Of a stretch of 64,000 bases of DNA, positions 57,601 to 64,000 are shown in pieces. The stretch spans positions 32,612,001 through 32,676,000 of the forward strand of contig OZ281495.1 in assembly GCA_965637545.1 (NCBI GenBank). Direction: 5' to 3'. Below the pieces are notes generated by a model, which worked only from the letters and a program-made list of their open reading frames with translations, had not been told where the DNA came from and did no database searches. Positions within the stretch are counted from its first letter, which is position 1. Each line of letters starts with the position of its first letter. Source of the DNA: Phallusia mammillata. Its lineage: Eukaryota. Made by a program: the position numbers and the translations under genes.

Positions 57601-60600
57601 CAGATCTTCGCCCAATCCAGTGAATTTTTGGTCCAAACGGGTCCCGATTAACCGAGGTTTACTGCATAACACTGGTCGAAGTTGCGTCTTGTTGCATAAC
57701 AAGTCTCTATATACAGCCACATAACACACGAACCCTCCCATAGGTTCCTGTACCAGCTTCAGTTCGAGCCCTTCTACGCACAGTCAACAGTTCAATGCTG
57801 CAAAAGCGAGCAACCAGACTTCGAACGATCGTGTCCAAGTACAATCACATCGTCCAATACATGCAGGAGTACGAGGATATGTTATTCGACAGCAGAATGG
57901 AGAAGGTATACGTTGGTGTTTTAGGTTCACAGCATTTAGTATAGTTATAAACGAGACTGTTTTGTTACGTCACGCACCTGTGCTTGTGACGTCATTAAAT
58001 ATGACGCAATGTTTGTTTCGATGTCACTCTTATCTAACGTGCTCGACAGTTACAAATTATAATAAAAACGCGACAAACTTTGTTGCGTCATACACCTATG
58101 TCTTGTGATATCATAAAATGTTCTCTTCTATTTCATGGTGTAAATACTCCATATAGCGCCTTTTAAACAAGAATATTGTGACGTGACAATCATTGACGTT
58201 TGTAGGCGGAAGAGATAATTTCTGAGGGTAAGGAGAAAATAACTTGGGGGTCAGCTGACCTCGATGACTTCCTCGAGAAATCGTCATCGATCGTATGTGA
58301 TGACGTACACACTATTCTCACACGGGTTCACAACAACTGGGATAAAGTGAGGTCGATGTCGAACTCGTGGTCGGAAGGTGAGAACCTGTGTGATGTAGAA
58401 ATTTCCTGAATTGCAACTTCAATTTAGTTTTAACTCATCGGGAACCACTGGGTTGGAGCAAAGCCGCTCAAGTTTCTTGCTCAGGGAAACACAAATGGTC
58501 GATACAGGATTAGAACCCACAACCTTCTGTAGACAAGGCACTTTAGCTTATAACCCGGCCATCTTCGCGGCATATAGTATTTATATGAGGACATTGGTTA
58601 CTTTGGAACACAAGAGGTTGATATTATCCATGCAAAAACTACACATGTTGTTTGCTTGCAAAACACCCAGTTTTCTGACTGTAAAGTAGATAAGCGTATG
58701 CTGGTTCTATGATCTATAATGACTGTAGGTTTGGTACCAGTGCCTAAAACCTTCTGCATCAGGCCTATGTGTGTCATATCAAATTGTGTAGGTTCTTACA
58801 TTCCAGTTTCCAAAAAAATGACTCGTTTGATAATATTTTGATTGACAGGCGCTCTTGACATTTTCACGAGTCACGTGCTTGAAAAGAAGACTAAGAGTTT
58901 GAAGGAGCTGCTGGAGGAACAGGGAGAGTTGGATGAAGATTACAAGAGGAAGCTTCTTCCTGCAGGAAACGAAATTCATCTTCTTCTGCAAGATTCTTTC
59001 AAGGCAAGATCACATTAAGGAAATCGCCCAACAAAACAAAATAATCGATAAAATTCAATATTGAATTCAAACTACTTGTTTCATATCAACGTCATTGCTA
59101 CAATACCTGTAAATGGACAGCAGACCTATAAGGTCTCATTAGTGCAGCTGGTGACGAGACGTTGTCCGTATGGGTTAGTGTAGCCACAGCACTCCTGTTT
59201 GTTGAGAATAACAGGCTGAAAAGCCATGACTTATTTTTGGGGAGAAATCATGTATAAGAAGCATTTAAGTTGGTTGTATGTCTAGAATTTTCTAGGTTGC
59301 CTCAATCTAACCCGCGCATATATTCCATTTGATTCCGTCTGCACATTGGACAAATTTTAAAGTTATCATTCAAGTAATGCCTCAAAATGCCCCACCAGGA
59401 TCACGCAAAGCGTTTTTCAGAGTGATAAACTTTAATTTTACTTGTTGAGCAGGCGGTCGAAATGAGCGAGGCATCACCAGCCTGGCAACTCTACACTGTG
59501 CAAATGGACGCTATGGTTCTGATGGCGCTAAAGAGCAGCATCCTGACAAGTTTAGATGCGATGTATAGAACGGTGGCTGGAATAGACGGAGAGGGGGAGG
59601 ATGTAGAACAAGGGGTAAGAGCCTATTCAAACCAAATTGGTGGAAAATTATGTCGCCAGATTCGAAATTGAAGTTTTAAGATTATGAAAAACATTAAGTC
59701 AATCGTTCTTAAGCTTTTAAAATACATATATTTCGATTTAACACCATCTTCGATATCTTATTTAATAATAAATCAGAACACATTAAGCTTATTAATCTTC
59801 ATTCACCGAGCAATGAGCTGGGTGATTCTTGTTTAAAAGTAAATATTGGTAGTTTTATCTTAAAGTAAACTGGCTGTTCTAGTAAGCCGAATTTGAAAGG
59901 TTTTGATTTCTTTAGCCTTGCGTCCTTGAAGTTCGCCTGGAGCTTGTGGAGCAAACTGTCGCTTTCTCTCCTCCTCTTGATCGTTCCGCATCAGTGGATA
60001 ATGTGGAGGACGCCGTCTCCTCCTGGCTCTCAATCTTCCTCAAGAGGTCGACGCTCATACAAAGACTCACGGTAAGAGTAATTGCGATTACCTGTAAGGT
60101 TTTCAAACAGATGTAAAGGAAAGGGTAATTGAGATTACGAATTTTCCGATTGTTCTTTTTGGAAACATGTTTTGTGACTTAATTGGATAAAATGTTTCCG
60201 AGCTTTAGTCACACTAGGTAAACGAGTTTGCTCAGGGGTTGGAAAACGGTTTCAAGGGAACAAAAATAAGAGCTAGTCATAAAAATATGGTCTAGTTGTT
60301 TTTCAAGATTCGTAGCTGTTTTGATTCTTGTAGTACGGGACAAGTACGGAAATGATTTCAGACATAACTCTTAATCCGTAGCACTGATTATGATGGTAAA
60401 GCATCGAGCCAGTAAATGATAAGCTGAAGAGTGAGGACCTAATATGTCTTAACAGATCATGATATTTCGGGTCAAGAGTGGTCAGTGATTGTAATTGATT
60501 TATATTTGACTGCAATTCCACAGGACGCAACCGGGACTTACCAGGATTTTCTCACTTCCGATCAAGACGTTTGGGAAGTTGTGGAGGAAATTCGGACCGT

Positions 60601-63600
60601 GGTTGAAGAAAACACGGAAAAATGCAAAGAACTTCTCACAATATTCGACGATTACAAGTCAGTGTTGTCTGTCATGTCTCTATGACGTCACTGAGTATTC
60701 TTTGGTTTTCGAATTAAAAACAATTAAACGTTCGAAAACGTGCTGGTTGTTGTGACGAAATAATTGTTTTTCTATGTAACGTTTTATGTATGGAAGAAAA
60801 GTATCTTGGTGAAAAACCCAAATGCAAAGAGCTTGTAGCTGTATACAGAGAATCCATTGTTTCGTAGACGGTGCAATAATCGCTGTTGTTCTTGTCAATG
60901 TAAAAGTATTTACTTTATGAACTCTTTTTTTTTGTGTTGCTTCATTCAAAATCTGTCCAGTCATAATGACATGGCATACATATTTCGCAGATTTCTATGG
61001 GTTCAGGACGTCCAACAATCATTTCGCGATTTCCTCAACGGTCGCCCCTCCCCCAATCCGCTACGAGTCTCAAAGCAGTCGCATCAGAAGCGCGGTGACG
61101 GAAGCAGACTCACAACGGGTCAAAGGTCACCTGAAGTTTTTACTTTTCGCCAAAACTTGTAAAGTTTTCCGCCAACAATTTGATTTTCTTGCAGATCGCG
61201 CTTTTCAGTCCACAGCCCGGATGTGATTAACGAAGCGGAACGCAGCTTTCTCACCCCCCACACCGACACCCACCATCACTATGGCAACCAGGATGACGTC
61301 GACATGAGGTCATCGGGTGACGAGTTCATTGTGGTTCCGGGTTTGTCGGACTTCGACGATGAGATCGGGATTTATCGCACAGCAAGAGACAACATACTGG
61401 CATTGCCCGATCGCAAATCTGTCGGTTGGCTCGTGTTTGACTTCCAGCCCATAAAACAGGTAAATTGCAAGGAGGGCTTATTGTGTTTCTTTTCGCTTTT
61501 ATTGTTGTTATTGACAAAAACAACGCCTGTTATAGCAAAAAGTACTTTCGTTTTAACCAAAAATATCATTTTCATTTTTAGTTATTTGAGGGTGTAAGTT
61601 TCAACTTCCAAAGTTTCACTCCAGACACAAACACACAAATTAGTATATTTTGTCTCAAATCTGTTTTTGTTTCACTTCAGGTTCTGACCACTTACGCCAG
61701 CAAGTGGATGTGGACTTTTGTACGATTTCTGTGTGACCAGGTAAATATGATGTTAAAAACGGCAAAGTCAGTTTTTTATTACTCTACTCTTTAGAAAACA
61801 CATTTTCTATGTTAACAAGCCTTTATTAAACAACATGTTACAAAAAAAATATCTAAGTGTTTTCAACCTTGGTGAAAAATCTATTCACATAGAATCACCT
61901 ATAAATCTTCACAACAGGTGACAGACTCGCTTGACACACTGGCCGACTTCCTTGCTCGCACTGAACCTGAGATAGAAAGCATCACTGGTGAGGAGAGAGA
62001 CACAGCATCGTTTATGAAGATGATGAGATTGTTCAACGAAGTGTCAGCACAGCAACAAGACATGGATAGCAGGTGCGGCGATTTGTTTATGGTTTTGTTG
62101 ATGTGTAAATTTGTAAAAAAGGTGCTTTGTTAGAATTGGAAAAGGACATTTTCTTATAATACTACCACACAATTGTCCATTCTGAAAGAAATTTATTGCC
62201 ATTTTACTACATAGCATGTGTGTGGTCCTTTTTCTATGTTTCCAAAATTAACTTTTTTTCTTGCAAAAACACATTACAACAACAATTCCGAGCATTATAA
62301 CTTGCATAAAAACAAACAATTCTTGCATAGATGTTCTTAGCAAAACTGACCCAAAGTAAACTTTTCATCAAAATCATCTTTAGATTCTCTGTAATGCAAC
62401 GAACTGTTGACTTACTGGAGAAATACGACATGAAACTTCCCAATGAAACGCAGGAAATGTTTAAATCTGCTCCGGACAGATGGAACCATCTCAAAACCAA
62501 AGTATCGCTTGCGAAGCAGAGGCTTGGGCCTAGAATACAGGCGAGTTATGGAATTAAACTAGTGAAGTTGTTTGGTAGAAATAACTTGGATTTGTATGAA
62601 TCAATCATATTATAGATTATTCTGCAATTGTTTTGTTGCAGAAGTGTGTTGATTCGTTATATAAAAAATTAAGTCCACACATTTTTTAGTTCGTTGGTTG
62701 TTCTGGATCAAAAAATGAATGTTGAATTGTAGAATATATAAAAAGAAAATACTGCATTGTACGATGCAAGCAGTTGTCTGAGCATGGTGTGTCACATGAC
62801 AACAATGTAAAACAAACAATAGAAAGAGAGACAAAAAATGAACTAGAATGTGCGATCTTTTTGCCGGCAACGCCATTTAAGTTGTGCACTCCTTTGCTGA
62901 ACTAATTTTTGTCTTTGACGTCAATGTCATTTCGATGCTTTTTCACCAACAGGAAGAATCAGACCGGATCACACGTGACCTGTTACGCTTCAGTGAGCGC
63001 GTGGAAGCTCTTGCATCTGAATTGCGCTCATCCGAAGTTTTCTCGCGGGAATGTCCCATCCACGACGCCAACGACATGATTGACGGATTTTTCCGCCGCT
63101 TGAAGGCGCTACAGGCCGAAGCACAAGACCTTATCGAGTTACAGGTAGGTCACATAAAGATGACTTGTTGAAATGCTTATTGTTATGAGCGTGGGTTGTT
63201 ACATATCGTTGTAAGTATGCTGGGAAATTGCCCTTGCTCTCCCTGTTTATTTCATTTTTTAAGACGGTAAAAAAGTCAGAATATGTAAGTGCTTGAACGC
63301 TAAGAAACTATATAGTTAAGTGGGCTGACCTTTAGTCTTACTTGCCGCTGTTTATTAGGTGCTATATTCTGTTCTGGTCCCAATGACCGTTTTTGGTGTG
63401 TTTGCGTAATGATAAAAAACAGCTTGGTCACGTGATTGGGATCTGACGTAACGTATGTATCGATGATGCACACAACTACACAGTTTACCGACTGGTACAT
63501 TTACAGGAACTTCTGGAGAACGCGGTTGTAAATTTCTCGGTCCTCCCCCAATATCAGCGCGACCTCCGCAACTTGAAGTTGGTGTGGGAGCATGTCCGGA

Positions 63601-63716
63601 TGCTGGAGGAGGAGCAGAGGGAGTGGAAGAGGAAGCACTGGCAGAAGATCGACACAAAACATCTGCATCAGAATATCCACAAGCAGAAAGATCTGATCCA
63701 GTCGCTACCACCAGAG
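48640..63716 (+). CDS. Axonemal dynein heavy chain, N-terminal tail (DHC_N1 to the start of DHC_N2), outer-arm beta-like but divergent; continues beyond the window
   Basis: Exons: 48640-48855, 49221-49348, 49892-50036, 50496-50650, 51777-51880, 52223-52414, 52776-52879, 53289-53414, 53665-53827, 54596-54798, 55427-55611, 55950-56136, 56418-56602, 56998-57241, 57744-57905, 58206-58377, 58849-59003, 59453-59614, 59916-60071, 60524-60657, 60991-61125, 61195-61459, 61681-61740, 61918-62072, 62384-62540, 62953-63144, 63507-63716. They total 4452 nt in one open frame. Dynein tail motifs: LESAVVGWIRQIKNVL, EIAMWNQ, FPALLHTVLLIWKHSDYY, WP..F..L.RFVERCNDLLDL, PPTVSKLIWVRGMKERV, LKLVWEH...W..IDT. Confidence 0.9.
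50974..51599 (-). mobile_element. hAT-like deletion derivative with a short transposase-like remnant (dynein intron 4)
   Basis: 12-bp TIR CAGGGCTGCCAA; exact TSD ATTGCAAG. The minus ORF 51079-51336 contains AKSELAIAAYFIEHNIPFACIDHFLPKVCKVAFPDCK. Confidence 0.85.
54942..55426 (+). repeat. ~170-bp direct duplication (315-bp offset) including the acceptor of dynein exon 11
   Basis: CGTTAAGCGAAATATTCCTGTT...CCGTAACGGTGACACTGAGTTTTGAA.CATTAAC...CTCTTTACTT...CAG occurs at 54942-55111 and 55257-55426. Confidence 0.8.
57482..57664. mobile_element. pogo/Tigger-type MITE
   Basis: TIR CAGTAAA(A/C)CTCGGTTAA; flanks are TA and CA. Confidence 0.75.
58441..58570 (-). mobile_element. tRNA-derived SINE 5' fragment
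   Basis: The minus strand has an A-box-like TGGCCGGGTTATAAG and a B-box-like GGGTTCTAATCC, followed by a TCCCTGAGCAAGAAACTT segment typical of SINE bodies. Confidence 0.6.
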
Positions 63717-64000
63717 GTCAGTAGGGTGCTGTGGTGCTAAATGTGTTAGACCAGTGATTCTTAACCGATAGGAAATTTCCTAGTAGTTGGAAAGTATGTA
63801 ATATGAAAGTATGTACAGGCAGAGGCAAAAAATGTTACATAAAGTTTTGCTTTAAATGTTACATCGAATTTATCGAAGGCCATAAATCTGATTGTTTAGT
63901 CACAAAGATAAGTGTTTTCAATTAAAGATCATTATATTGGTAATGTTCGGCACAAACTTTTAAAATGACACAGGGAAATTCAAACTTGAAATTGGCTTTG

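Noticed and set aside
56213-63711. ORFs 56213-56629 (+) and 63355-63711 (-)
   Set aside because: An off-frame or antisense read-through of dynein exons 13 and 27 plus intron sequence.

Overview
AT-rich, intron-rich eukaryotic DNA. An invertebrate chordate, probably an ascidian, is my inference from gene content and intron style. I reconstructed four multi-exon genes by hand with consistent splice phases. (1) and (2) Two tandem minus-strand paralogues encode secreted signal peptide-trefoil-trefoil-EGF-CCP/sushi mosaic proteins. The upstream copy (9463-13800, ~369 aa) is intact. The downstream copy (8200 to beyond position 1) carries a frameshift and a TGA at a conserved Trp. (3) A minus-strand Bcl3-like atypical IkB gene (16644-35524, ~1090-1100 aa) has its ankyrin repeats near the N-terminus, followed by a ~830-aa low-complexity tail with a PLDLS motif. 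(4) The 5' part of a plus-strand axonemal dynein heavy chain (48640 onward; 27 exons, 1484 codons in the window) has three probable GC-AG introns. Introns and intergenic DNA hold at least seven hAT MITEs with 8-bp TSDs (one nested), a CACTA/EnSpm-like element, a Helentron/Helitron2-like repeat family, pogo-type MITEs, a SINE fragment and many local duplications. Two minimal hammerhead-ribozyme motifs of the Penelope-associated type sit inside inverted repeats. All calls come from manual reading; no database searches were run.
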